This document shows, piece by piece, positions 9,141 to 18,714 of a stretch of 64,000 nt of DNA (positions are counted from its first letter, which is position 1; each line of letters begins with the position of its first letter). Source of the stretch: an uncultured Methanosarcinales archaeon (GTDB taxonomy: Archaea; Nanobdellota; Nanobdellia; Woesearchaeales; CAZPJY01); the NCBI GenBank assembly GCA_964587045.1, contig CAZPJY010000005.1:183-64182 (forward strand), written 5' to 3'. Below the pieces are notes generated by a model, which saw only the letters and a program-made list of their open reading frames with translations, did not search any database and was not told the DNA's origin. The position numbers were made by a program, and so were the translations under genes.

Positions 9141-10082
9141 TTATAAACCATTCGCTATCCTCAGGTCGTATTGCGTCGGGGCAAGTATGCGTTTAGGCTC
9201 TTCAAGTTTGCAGACAGGCGCCGGCTTTGACTTGAATTGCGCCCCTTCGACCATCCTGTAAATCCTTTCGATTAGGTCGAGCCTCACGCCTGTCGCCTGG
9301 AGCACCTCCTCCTGTGAAAAACCAAGAACGATACCGAGGAGTATCTTGTCTATCGTCTTGTAATCCATGCCCAGTTCGCCTTCGTCTGTCTGGCCTGCCC
9401 AAAGCTCAGCTGAAGGGGTGCGCTCGATGATCCTGCTGTCGACCTCCTGATAGGCGGCCAGATCCCAAACCTGGGTCTTGAACAGCCCGTCGATTCCCTC
9501 GTTGTCGACCCCGCCTGTCCCGTCTCCGGCTATCGTCGCATAACCGAGCATCCTTTCGGTAGCGTTGCTAGTTCCAAGAACCGCGTAACCTCTTAACCAA
9601 TTGTGGTCTCGTAGTCCTTTCATCCTCTGTCTTGCGTGAAGATTTCCTATCCGAACGAGATTTTTGTACGACTTATCATTTGGGTCAATGTTTAGCCATC
9701 TCATGTCTGCAGCGATGCACTTCTCAAAGAGATCAGCATCGAGTATCTCGTAAGAAATTTGGAGCTTTTTTGCAAGATTCTCTGCTAATACTATGCTGTC
9801 CTTAGTTGTAAAATACGATGGGAGCAGCATGCCATGCACATTCTCATTTCCAACTGCCTTTACCGCCAATGTGGCTACAAGCGCCGAATCTATCCCTCCA
9901 GACAAACCAATGGTGTATCCAATCGGTCCGGGTTTAACTGATGCAAGAGTTTTGTAGAAATGGGTGATTACCTTCGAGACCCTTGCCTTTTCATGGTTAT
10001 CCATCCTGAGCAAAGCTGCGGGGTCATTCATGTATAGCTTGGGTCTCATGCCACGTAAGTCAAAATTGGTAAGTCGGTCCAT
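9141..10082 (-). CDS. nadE: NH3-dependent NAD+ synthetase
   Basis: PP-loop GLSGGIDS; 313 aa. Confidence 0.9.
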   Translation of the reverse strand: MDRLTNFDLRGMRPKLYMNDPAALLRMDNHEKARVSKVITHFYKTLASVKPGPIGYTIGLSGGIDSALVATLAVKAVGNENVHGMLLPSYFTTKDSIVLAENLAKKLQISYEILDADLFEKCIAADMRWLNIDPNDKSYKNLVRIGNLHARQRMKGLRDHNWLRGYAVLGTSNATERMLGYATIAGDGTGGVDNEGIDGLFKTQVWDLAAYQEVDSRIIERTPSAELWAGQTDEGELGMDYKTIDKILLGIVLGFSQEEVLQATGVRLDLIERIYRMVEGAQFKSKPAPVCKLEEPKRILAPTQYDLRIANGL

Positions 10083-10741
10083 CAGAGCTTTCCCTCCAGC
10101 ACTTCCTCAGTCGTGACCAGCTTCACGCCGAGGCCTTTCCACTTGTCGTAGATATCTTGCCTGCTCTCTTCTGATATAGGCTTCATCGCGTCCGTTACGG
10201 CGTACACGTTGTAGCCTCGCTGAGCGAGTCCGGTGATGGCGAAGTCGTTGCAAACCTCAAGCGCCACGCCCATGACTATTATGTCCGTCAGCTCGAGGGC
10301 CTTCAGAACCTCCTCTGTGTGGGGGTTGCTGAATACGTCAAACTTTTGTTTCCTCATGTACACTTCGCCCTGGTGCTCCTTTAAGACGTCTGAGAGGCTG
10401 CCGTACACCTGCTTGCCTCCCTTTTCCATCTTGCCGTCCGTATCGATCCAAAGGGGGTCTTTTGGCCTGGTCTCGATGATCTTATCAGCCCCCCATGTTC
10501 CAGCGATGCAGTGCTCATTGTAGGTGGTCTTGTAGTCTGGCTCGTCTGATATTTCCTCATCGCCTAGGCTGTGCCAGTCCACGGAACCTGTTATCTGGAT
10601 GCCTTCCTTTCGCGCGTAGTTGAGGATCCTAGACAGTTTATCGTTGATCTCGCCAGCTCCCCGGATCGAAAGCTTGCCTTTCTCTTCCATGAAGTCGTTT
10701 TGCGTATCCACGTCCCAAATCGCGTATTTCATTTTATTCAC
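10082..10741 (-). CDS. pncA: nicotinamidase (isochorismatase family)
   Basis: IWDVDTQNDF, catalytic Cys in VMGVALEVCNDF; ATGA overlap with nadE. Confidence 0.85.
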   Translation of the reverse strand: MNKMKYAIWDVDTQNDFMEEKGKLSIRGAGEINDKLSRILNYARKEGIQITGSVDWHSLGDEEISDEPDYKTTYNEHCIAGTWGADKIIETRPKDPLWIDTDGKMEKGGKQVYGSLSDVLKEHQGEVYMRKQKFDVFSNPHTEEVLKALELTDIIVMGVALEVCNDFAITGLAQRGYNVYAVTDAMKPISEESRQDIYDKWKGLGVKLVTTEEVLEGKL

Positions 10742-10953
10742 CTCATCCTTGTTTGGATTATCTCATAACTTTGCTTGTTCAGTATCCGGGCGATCTCCTC
10801 GGTCATGTCGGACATGATCTCTGCGCTGACTCTCTCTTCCTTGTAGCGGACGATCACGCGGAGCGGCTCCTCCTCGACCCGGATGCTCTTGAGGGGGAAC
10901 CTCTTGTAGAGGCTTCGCATCTTCTCGATAACGTCCTGCTCGATCATCCTCAC
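10738..10953 (-). CDS. small hypothetical protein inside the NAD operon
   Basis: 71 aa; 4-nt overlaps with both pncB (upstream) and pncA (downstream). Confidence 0.45.
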   Translation of the reverse strand: MRMIEQDVIEKMRSLYKRFPLKSIRVEEEPLRVIVRYKEERVSAEIMSDMTEEIARILNKQSYEIIQTRMR

Positions 10954-12359
10954 CTCAATTCGGCGGCTAGTTTGTCTGTCAGGTCTGATAGGTTACTGCT
11001 GAGCCGCACGGCGTATTTCTCTGACTTGTGTATGTCCCTGTACACTGCTGGTATCTTCGCCCTCTCTTTTATGGAGTATTCTCGGATCTCACTGATGGAG
11101 GGGAAATCATAGATTATCTCTCCCTTCTCCATTATTGGTATAAGCAGGGGCTTCCCATCAGAGTTCTCATCCCAAAGCGTTATGGCGTCGCCTGCGTACA
11201 TGCCCTGTTCATCGAATCTCCTGTAAACTTGCTTCTTGGATGGGAGGGTCATCTTGGCCATCTCGCTTGAGAGTTTCATCTTTGGTATGACTTTGCTGCC
11301 CTCACGGCGTTCCACCTCTTTGTATACTCCGGGGAGGGCCGCAACGCCTCCTTCCTTAGTGAATGGGTTGTAGACTGCACCAGTTATAAGCCTAGTCCCA
11401 ACACCGAACCCATCTATGGGAGCTCCCTCTTCAAGTAGCCGGTCGATTGTGAACTCGTCCAGGTCGTTTGATGCGAAGACCTTGACATCAGTTAGGCCTG
11501 CTTCGTCCAGTATCTTCCTTACTTCCCTTGAGAGTTTGAGGAGATCGCCTGAGTCGAGCCTCACGCCTTTGAGCTGGTATCCTCTCTCAGCGAGCTCCTT
11601 ACCAACAATCGCTGCGTTCCTCGCACCCTGCACCGTGTCGAATGTGTCTATCAGCAGTATCGGGTTGTGCGGGAACACATTGGCGTAGTCGCGGAAGGCT
11701 GTAAGCTCATCAGGTCTGTCTTGGACGAACTTATGGGCCATGGTCCCGACATAAGGCAACCCGAATTTTTTTCCAGCGGCGACTAGGGAGGTGCCCACAG
11801 CTCCGCCGATGTACGAGGCGCGTGCTCCTAACATGGCGGCATCGCGGCCGTGGGCCCTCCTTGCACCGAAATCAAGAAGTGTTTTTCCTTTTACGGTCTC
11901 TGATATCCTCGCGGCTTTCGTGGCGATGAGGGTTTGGAAGTTCATCATGTTGAGCAGGTAGGTCTCAATCAGCTGGACGTCGATTGAAGGGCCGGATATG
12001 TTTATGATCGGCTCTCCAGGGAATACTGGCGTTCCCTCAGGGACAGCGTATATGTCACCCTTAAACTGGAAGTTGCGCAGGTAGCCTATGAAATCATCCG
12101 ACAAGTCGCCGTTTGACGTGTCCTGAAGCCACTTGATGTCCTCTTCTGAGAATTTGATGTTCTTGACGAAGCTCACGACCTGTTCGAGGCCTGTGCTCAC
12201 CATGTAAGAGCCTTGCGGAACCTTCCTGACGAAGTAGTTTTCCGTGATTTCGACATTGTTATCCAAAGCATGGTCGGCCATGCCCATGGTCAGCTCGTAG
12301 TAGTCCTCGAATAGCGCGAGCTCGCTTTCGGTTATCAGTCCTGAGTTCGGTGCGTTCAT
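10950..12359 (-). CDS. pncB: nicotinate phosphoribosyltransferase
   Basis: ALFEDYYELTM N-terminal motif, 469 aa; SD AAGGAGGA 6 nt before ATG. Confidence 0.9.
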   Translation of the reverse strand: MNAPNSGLITESELALFEDYYELTMGMADHALDNNVEITENYFVRKVPQGSYMVSTGLEQVVSFVKNIKFSEEDIKWLQDTSNGDLSDDFIGYLRNFQFKGDIYAVPEGTPVFPGEPIINISGPSIDVQLIETYLLNMMNFQTLIATKAARISETVKGKTLLDFGARRAHGRDAAMLGARASYIGGAVGTSLVAAGKKFGLPYVGTMAHKFVQDRPDELTAFRDYANVFPHNPILLIDTFDTVQGARNAAIVGKELAERGYQLKGVRLDSGDLLKLSREVRKILDEAGLTDVKVFASNDLDEFTIDRLLEEGAPIDGFGVGTRLITGAVYNPFTKEGGVAALPGVYKEVERREGSKVIPKMKLSSEMAKMTLPSKKQVYRRFDEQGMYAGDAITLWDENSDGKPLLIPIMEKGEIIYDFPSISEIREYSIKERAKIPAVYRDIHKSEKYAVRLSSNLSDLTDKLAAELR

Positions 12360-12448
12360 TTTGATGTCCTCCTTTCGAGTTTTTTGTTAAACTTTTCAAT
12401 AAAACCCCCATACGCGATGCCGTAAGGAGGCTCATCGTCGGATTTTTA

Positions 12449-12471
12449 GAAAGTGTTTTTTTAACACTTTC
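12449..12471. promoter_or_regulatory. perfect palindrome GAAAGTGTT-TTTTT-AACACTTTC (9-bp arms) upstream of pncB; candidate operator
   Basis: read directly; ~90-110 bp upstream of pncB ATG in a divergent intergenic region. Confidence 0.4.
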
Positions 12472-12632
12472 AACATATTGTGTAGTATACACTAACTAAT
12501 ATATAAATGTTGTGAATATTTGCTTCAATTTCGAACTGGAAGGCGTGGGGAGCAATTATTTTGCGTTCTGGCGGGTTCTGTTAGTCCCATTTGGCGAATA
12601 ATATATATAGTTGGGTTCCACCCCGCCAGCTG

Positions 12633-13673
12633 ATGGAGAAGCTGAAACCAGACATCCTGGCCCTCATAAGGGAGGCGATGGGGAGCAATCTCGACAAATC
12701 AAAGGAGGATTTTCCTTACCATCCCAACCCTCGGTACAGACCGGTCAGGTTCAGCGCAGACAATTTTTCCTTCCCAGAAAAAAGTCATGGGAGGACCATG
12801 CGCTCCTTCACCGACGGCGGCTCGGCAGACATCATCGTGGCGCCCAACTTCTGTGTCGGGATGGTCAGGACCGCATGCGTCGGCTTCCTGGACAGGCAGC
12901 GCGTTTCCAACACGAGGAGGGAGTACTACTACTTGACATCCCTGGTTAGCCCTGAGAAGATAAAGGCTGAGCTGTTCCCTGTCAGCGGCAAGGAGGAGCA
13001 GATAGCGCCGTTGGGGTTCGACACAAAAGAGCTCTTCGACGATGAGGTCGACCTCTCGCAGGTGACGCATACCATCAGGAAGATACTAGAGCTGAGGCTC
13101 GCTGTCGAGGCAATGGACACTCTTCCCGCAGGCTCGATCATGACCCTCGACGGCACGCTCGAGTGCAGGAACCGGGCAGAGGAACCGTTTTGGAAGGCTC
13201 TAAAGCAGAAGGCCCTGAAGAGAGGCATCCTGCTCACCGCGCTTGCCAAGACGTGCAGGCTCATCACGAAGAACGGCGACTCCCTGATAGGGAGGGTATC
13301 CTCAACAGCCCCTAAGGGGGAGTGGTTCTACCATCCTGTTTTCAAGATTGAATCCGAACAGCACCAGGCCGACATGTACATAGTCAAGCTGCACAGGAAC
13401 TCGGATTATGCCTTCAGGTTCGAGATATTCTCAGAGCAGCTCAATACAGTCGATCCTGGGAAGGTGATAGGCATGCTGACCCAGCATTCAGCAGACCCCG
13501 CTTTTGTGGGCTACCCGTACGGGCTTGTGGCCGTCGACCAGGTAGCGAGGATTTCCAACTCGGAGAAGAGCTATTTGACGACCAAGCTGATGGCATCAGC
13601 CGGTGGGGATTGGAAGCGTTTCAAGCCTTATACTTCTGCGCTCAATGCGCATGAGAAATTGGATAAGAAATAA
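12633..13673 (+). CDS. NurA-domain 5'-3' nuclease-like protein (stand-alone)
   Basis: TDGGSADIIV and IMTLDGTLE (DG[ST] motifs) plus C-terminal GYPYGLVAVDQVARIS, which matches the NurA C-terminal motif. Start moved to MEKLKPD because TATA ataatatatatag lies inside the track ORF (TTG start). Confidence 0.5.
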   Translation: MEKLKPDILALIREAMGSNLDKSKEDFPYHPNPRYRPVRFSADNFSFPEKSHGRTMRSFTDGGSADIIVAPNFCVGMVRTACVGFLDRQRVSNTRREYYYLTSLVSPEKIKAELFPVSGKEEQIAPLGFDTKELFDDEVDLSQVTHTIRKILELRLAVEAMDTLPAGSIMTLDGTLECRNRAEEPFWKALKQKALKRGILLTALAKTCRLITKNGDSLIGRVSSTAPKGEWFYHPVFKIESEQHQADMYIVKLHRNSDYAFRFEIFSEQLNTVDPGKVIGMLTQHSADPAFVGYPYGLVAVDQVARISNSEKSYLTTKLMASAGGDWKRFKPYTSALNAHEKLDKK

Positions 13674-13680
13674 AAAAAAA

Positions 13681-14178
13681 TCAGCGTCTACCTCCTTTCT
13701 TGTGCCCGCGGAAGTCCCCTTGACTGCCCTTGGGCCCTACCTTGTGATCAGGGCCGCGTTTCTCACCTTGGCGGAAATTCTGTTTGTTCCTGTTTTGGTA
13801 CATGTCATGGATACCGTCGCCGTCCCGGTCCATCCACCTGTGATGGTACTGGTTGGCAAACTTCCTTGCATGGTGCTCCCTGAACATGTTCATCGCCTGC
13901 TGCTCAGCACTGCCGTAGCCCATCCTGCGGTGATTCACCCAAGACTGCTTCATCATGGGATTTTGTTCCCCACGCTGGTACTTCGACCTGAACTTTACCT
14001 TGTATTCAGGCCCATTGCCGTCAAATTTTTGGTACCTATGCGAGTTGCGCAACTCCATCCTGTGCTCTATCCTCTGTTGGTAGGGCTTTTGGTCGAACTC
14101 TTGGCCTAACGCTATTCCCCCACCCAGTAGGCCTAGGGCGACCAGCGCCTCCAGCCCGAATTTAGTCACTTTGTTCAT
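13681..14178 (-). CDS. secreted basic H/Q/R-rich protein
   Basis: signal peptide ALVALGLLGGGIALG; low-complexity H/R/Q/N-rich mature part. Confidence 0.5.
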   Translation of the reverse strand: MNKVTKFGLEALVALGLLGGGIALGQEFDQKPYQQRIEHRMELRNSHRYQKFDGNGPEYKVKFRSKYQRGEQNPMMKQSWVNHRRMGYGSAEQQAMNMFREHHARKFANQYHHRWMDRDGDGIHDMYQNRNKQNFRQGEKRGPDHKVGPKGSQGDFRGHKKGGRR

Positions 14179-14182
14179 ATTC

Positions 14183-14812
14183 TCATTCCTCCCAAGAAGG
14201 GATTATTATGATATAATTATCCCCTTTCTTCTCTATACGGAAGCCCTGATGGAACCTCTGCAACCGCCTGTCGAGATCCTCATGGAAGCGGTTCATGCGC
14301 TTCTTGAACTTCTCATTGTCGAAGCGCTTCCTGAACTCTTCGGGTTTCATCCTCTTCCACCTTTGGTCCTTCATCCCGAAGTCGAAGCTCTTGTAGAACT
14401 CCAAGCCCTCAAGCGTCTTGAGCTCATCAAGCTTGGGGAGTATTTGGTCATAAAGCCGGTTTTGCAACTCCATCATTTCCTTCCTGTTCTCCCTCATCTG
14501 CGTCCTGAACTCCTCCCTGTGCTCCTTCCAGTACTTCTGCATCTCCTGATGGTGCTCTTTCCTCAGCTCCTCGAACTTGGGCGCGTATTGGTCAACAATC
14601 TTGTCAAGGTCCCCAATTATGGCATCAAGCTTCTCCTTCTCAGGCCCTTTGACCTCGAACTTGTATATCTCCACCCTCGGTTTGGGCATCTGCTGCTCCT
14701 GCGCAGCCTTGGGCTGGTAATGCTGCTGAGCCGCGGCTGTGCCAACACCTCCGATCAGGAGGGCAGCGGTACTGTACGTCAGAATTTTGCTCCTCAAATT
14801 CATGGAAACCAC
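14183..14812 (-). CDS. secreted charged helical protein
   Basis: N-terminal LTYSTAALLIGGVGTAAAQQ signal; K/E/R-rich heptad-like remainder. Confidence 0.5.
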   Translation of the reverse strand: MVSMNLRSKILTYSTAALLIGGVGTAAAQQHYQPKAAQEQQMPKPRVEIYKFEVKGPEKEKLDAIIGDLDKIVDQYAPKFEELRKEHHQEMQKYWKEHREEFRTQMRENRKEMMELQNRLYDQILPKLDELKTLEGLEFYKSFDFGMKDQRWKRMKPEEFRKRFDNEKFKKRMNRFHEDLDRRLQRFHQGFRIEKKGDNYIIIIPSWEE

Positions 14813-14876
14813 CTCGTCTTAATGAACTGTCTGGCGGTGGCGGTCAATAATCTTTTCCCAGTAGAATATATCAATA

Positions 14877-15749
14877 CTAGTGACGGCCCCCGCCTTTCCT
14901 CTGAAAACGGTTCTTCTTCATCTGGTCCCAGGGTGACTGGTGGATTCGGTCCATGTCCTTGATCATCCCGTCGAGGAATCTCTTGGTGTGCTCGTCCTCA
15001 AGGTACATGTTTAGCTTATGGAAGCTGTTTTTCGCATCAGCTAGGCGGGACTTCATCCTGTCCATGATGTCCTTGACATCGCTATAGTAATTGCCCTTCA
15101 GCTTCACGTTGTCCAGGGAGTTGATGTTGTCCTTGTTGAGCACGATGTTTTCCTTCTCGATACCGAACTCCTTAATCACTATCTGGCCCAGGTCGGGATT
15201 GCCATCGTCATTGTTGTCGAAGAGCTGGATGTCCATTACGAGGGGCTCTTGCTTGTCGAAGATGAAGTACTGCATGTGGTTGATGCCGCCCTTCTGGTCC
15301 GGATTGAATCCTCTGTAGAATATTATTGGGGGCTCGAGGCCCTCAGGTGTGGGGGGAGGCATGGGCATCATCGGGTAGGCGGTAATCCTTCCGTCCTGCT
15401 TGTCCTTATCCTTCAGCTGCTTGTAGGGCGTGTTCGGGACCTTGTTCTTCTCGTCGTTGACGGTCCTCCAGTAGTCCCGAAGCCTCTGTTGGTACTTTTG
15501 GTATTCCCCAATGTACTTCCTAACCGCATCCCTCTGGCCCATCTTGGTGTTGCTGAAAGCCACCATCACAGGTGTGTCCGACGACTTGTAGCCGTACACC
15601 ACATAACCCCCGTTGACTTCTATGGGTGGTGACCTCTTGATAAGGCGCGGGTGAAGCCTGTCCTGGGCATAAGCTCCGCTACCCGCGAGAAATAAACCAG
15701 CAAGTACATAAGGAATGGCCTTGTTCCGGATCCAGGACATTGTATTCAT
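14877..15749 (-). CDS. secreted protein
   Basis: AIPYVLAGLFLAGSGAYAQ signal peptide; 290 aa. Confidence 0.5.
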   Translation of the reverse strand: MNTMSWIRNKAIPYVLAGLFLAGSGAYAQDRLHPRLIKRSPPIEVNGGYVVYGYKSSDTPVMVAFSNTKMGQRDAVRKYIGEYQKYQQRLRDYWRTVNDEKNKVPNTPYKQLKDKDKQDGRITAYPMMPMPPPTPEGLEPPIIFYRGFNPDQKGGINHMQYFIFDKQEPLVMDIQLFDNNDDGNPDLGQIVIKEFGIEKENIVLNKDNINSLDNVKLKGNYYSDVKDIMDRMKSRLADAKNSFHKLNMYLEDEHTKRFLDGMIKDMDRIHQSPWDQMKKNRFQRKGGGRH

Positions 15750-15764
15750 AGTATCACCAGCATG

Positions 15765-17741
15765 TTATTCTCTTTTTCCACTATGGTTACTATTGAGTCT
15801 TATCAGAGCCTCTTCTAGGCGTTTAGACTTATCTTCTTTTGAATAGTAATTCAGTTTTCCAAGCGCGTCGATGCAGTTATCTATGCACTCCCAAGCTAGG
15901 CAGTCGTAGCCTTCCTTACCGAGACGGAGATACCAGTCTCTGAAGCTGGCGTGGTGAGCCAGTGATTTATGGACAGCAGCAGTATAATATCCTATAATCA
16001 GCTTGTCATCAATCTTGATCTTCTGTATATTCGCATCGGAGGCGAGCGCGTTTGTAAGGCTAATGATTCGGTCTAGGGTTTCCTCCCTGTCGAATTCGAA
16101 CCTTCCCATTTCAAGAGCTGTTGCGATATCCATAACGAATGGCGAGTTCCTAAGCTCCTCGAAATCCAGGACCTCAACTCTCCCGTCGTAGAATATCATG
16201 TTCTTCAGCGAATTGTCCTTATAGAAGTCCGGCGGCAGCTTGGCGATGTTTAGGGCCAGGGAAGGGTAGTTGCTTTCAATTGCCCGCACAAGTTTATTTA
16301 GGCCGTCTCGGCTATAGAAGCTGGCAGAAGCTGAATTGCCCTTTACCTTTGTCAGCAAGCCGATGGATGCTCCGAAGGCGTTTTCTACATGGTTGCTAGG
16401 ATGCACATCGTAAAGGAGGTCCTTGCATGAGTGCATGCCTACTGTCCTGACCTGAGCAAGTGTCTGGACAATCAGCTCAATAAGGTCATCGAACGGCATT
16501 TTTAAGTCCCTCCTCTGGATTAGGCAGTCGAGCATGTTGTTTCCGGTTATCCTTCCCAGGATGAGCGTGTCGGCTTTGGGGATGTAAGCGTGGTGGTCCA
16601 CGGTCTTGAGGGCAAGCCCGAGCTCCGCAGATGCCTTGTGGAACCTCAAAATCGCCTCGGATTCCTTCTGAAGCGCTTCGCTGTGGGACTTTGGAACCCT
16701 CTTGAAGATATACAGGTTAGGCATGTTGGTGTTCTCGAAGCTTGCCTCTGCCACCTGGAACTTGGCGTGGTCGATCAGCTTGAATCGCTCCTGGGGGATT
16801 ATGGACAAGGCGCGCTTCCAGTAATCTTTTGGCTGGTTCATGTGGGGGAGGCCCAGGCTCGCGAGACTCGCAAGGTTGCCCAACGCAAGCACTGAGGATT
16901 CCAAGTCGTTCCCTATCGCGTTCTTGAATCCCTTCAGGGCCTGCTCGTACTCTTCCAGTTCCATCTCGCACGCTCCCAGGTTGTTCCAGGTGTGAGGCTG
17001 AGGGTCAAGGTGGAGTGACCTCAAGTAGGCATCTTTTGCCTTTCTGAATGCGGATTGGGAGAACCACTTGTTGCCTATGCTGTACACGATACTTGCCAGG
17101 CCACGCTTCTCCTGTCTTTTCAGCCGGCCGATGGAAGAAGCTTCCGTTACCAGCTGCTCCAACCCTTGCGTTGTATCATCCTGGAGAGCTTTCTTGTACC
17201 TGTCCAAGAAGTCAGTTTCGCTGCCATATGTGGTACATTTCTCTTTGTCCTCACCGATGACCTCAAGGCTGGCCTTGAGGTACTTCTTCCTGTACCTCTC
17301 TCTCCCGCTCAGCTTCCATAGTTGGTAGAGTATGGCTGGATTTCCCTTGTCCTTCCGTGATGCCCTCCTGTATAGGGCAAATGCGCGTTCTGGCTCATCC
17401 TCTTTGATCAGGTTGGCCAGGTTGTGCATGGCCTGCGGATATCCCCTTCTTGAAGCGTGCTCAAAATGCGCTCTCGCCGCAGAGGGATTGCTGTTCAGCT
17501 CGATTACTCCCAGGAAGTTCGATGCTGCGGCGTCGCGTGTCTTGGACTCCATCGCAGAGGAAAAGTATCCCTTGGCCTTCTCCATGTTACCTTGTAGGTA
17601 ATTGAGCACTCCGAGGAGGTAGTTGACCTCGCCCCACTTCTTGGAACCCTTCGTTAGCGAGGCTAGCGATATCTCGTATTGGCGCGCGGCATCTGCGTAT
17701 TCGCCTTTCCTCCAGTGCTCTTCTGCTATTCTAGATTCCAT
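15765..17741 (-). CDS. Sel1/TPR-repeat protein fused to an APH/choline-kinase-like phosphotransferase domain
   Basis: Sel1-like repeats (RRGYPQAMHNLANL) N-terminal; C-terminal HSCKDLLYDVHPSNHV (HxDxxxxN catalytic loop), VLDFEEL (D[FW]E) and FVMDIATAL, as in aminoglycoside phosphotransferases. Confidence 0.6.
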   Translation of the reverse strand: MESRIAEEHWRKGEYADAARQYEISLASLTKGSKKWGEVNYLLGVLNYLQGNMEKAKGYFSSAMESKTRDAAASNFLGVIELNSNPSAARAHFEHASRRGYPQAMHNLANLIKEDEPERAFALYRRASRKDKGNPAILYQLWKLSGRERYRKKYLKASLEVIGEDKEKCTTYGSETDFLDRYKKALQDDTTQGLEQLVTEASSIGRLKRQEKRGLASIVYSIGNKWFSQSAFRKAKDAYLRSLHLDPQPHTWNNLGACEMELEEYEQALKGFKNAIGNDLESSVLALGNLASLASLGLPHMNQPKDYWKRALSIIPQERFKLIDHAKFQVAEASFENTNMPNLYIFKRVPKSHSEALQKESEAILRFHKASAELGLALKTVDHHAYIPKADTLILGRITGNNMLDCLIQRRDLKMPFDDLIELIVQTLAQVRTVGMHSCKDLLYDVHPSNHVENAFGASIGLLTKVKGNSASASFYSRDGLNKLVRAIESNYPSLALNIAKLPPDFYKDNSLKNMIFYDGRVEVLDFEELRNSPFVMDIATALEMGRFEFDREETLDRIISLTNALASDANIQKIKIDDKLIIGYYTAAVHKSLAHHASFRDWYLRLGKEGYDCLAWECIDNCIDALGKLNYYSKEDKSKRLEEALIRLNSNHSGKRE

Positions 17742-18577
17742 TGGTAACCCTTCAGGAATTTCAGGTACTTGTCGATGTTTCCCATCCTCTCATTTATTTC
17801 CATGGTCCTGTAAAGTATGATGTCAAGCTTCACGCTGTTCCTCTCTTCCTCATCGTTTACGATTAGCATCTCTTCTGTGAGGGATTTCGACATCTGAATC
17901 AGGTCTGATTTTATGTCGCTGTCCTTTATCGGCTGGTTGAGGACGCCTGCTGAGAAGAGTTTCTGCTCTGCTTGATGCTCGTATCCCCCGCCTGTTTTGT
18001 AGCCCGTACTGATGACCTTGAGGATGTAGGCCTCGTCCATGTCGGTCAGCTCCGTATGCGTGGCTGAAATGGCTTGCTTGATTTGTTTGAGCAGTTTTTC
18101 TAGGTTCTGACCCGGGTCCGGGCTCACTTCGGGGTCGCCGACATAGTTGGCCAGCCTTATGATTTTTTCGTCGCCAGAGTAGAGGACCTCCTCTATCATG
18201 AGCCTGAGCTTAACCTCCTCATCATGGGTGAGATTGAAGGTATGCAGCGCCTCGAGCGCGTAGTCTACCTGGTCGTACTGCTCACTGTCGTCAGGGACCC
18301 ACATGACGTTGAATAGCTGGTCTTCGAGGTTCTTCCTCTGCTCGTCGACCTTGACGGCAGCGTCCAGGTACCTGCCTTGAACGTATGCTTTCTTGATTTC
18401 AGAATTGATGTGATTATATTCTTCTATCTCTAAGCCGGTGTAGCCGCCGTAAAGGCTGAGGCTGAGCCCAGCCAGCACCGTAGCTGTCCTGAACAGCTTG
18501 CTGGAGCGGATGCGTTTCCACAGTCCCGCTCTCACGTGTGGGGTGTCACCCAGATGGACGAGGTATTTGCCCGCCAT
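17726..18577 (-). CDS. membrane-anchored protein (single N-terminal TM)
   Basis: LFRTATVLAGLSLSLYGGYTG hydrophobic segment; 16-nt overlap with downstream kinase gene; TATA cttataaaaagg upstream. Confidence 0.5.
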   Translation of the reverse strand: MAGKYLVHLGDTPHVRAGLWKRIRSSKLFRTATVLAGLSLSLYGGYTGLEIEEYNHINSEIKKAYVQGRYLDAAVKVDEQRKNLEDQLFNVMWVPDDSEQYDQVDYALEALHTFNLTHDEEVKLRLMIEEVLYSGDEKIIRLANYVGDPEVSPDPGQNLEKLLKQIKQAISATHTELTDMDEAYILKVISTGYKTGGGYEHQAEQKLFSAGVLNQPIKDSDIKSDLIQMSKSLTEEMLIVNDEEERNSVKLDIILYRTMEINERMGNIDKYLKFLKGYQWNLE

Positions 18578-18714
18578 GAAGGGCAGAAGAAAAGACCCTT
18601 TATAAAAGCCTTTTTATAAGAAGCAATATATTGTGATACTGGTATACAATAGATAAATATGAAATTCACTATTGTTCCATAATATTTTTATATGCAACAA
18701 TATTACTATATTGC

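Noticed and set aside
12564-12625. Possible tRNA-like fold from the 8-bp inverted repeat
   Set aside because: Interior is AT-rich TATA sequence with no D/T-arm features. No GTTC-type T-loop.
14171-14962. 263-aa plus-strand ORF
   Set aside because: Antisense to the secreted-protein genes. Leu/Pro-rich composition typical of reverse-frame artefacts in GC-rich DNA.
18695-18714. Imperfect palindrome tgcaacaatattactatattgca at the PhoU-like gene start
   Set aside because: Arms do not match on careful reading (aatattgttgc vs atattgcatgc).
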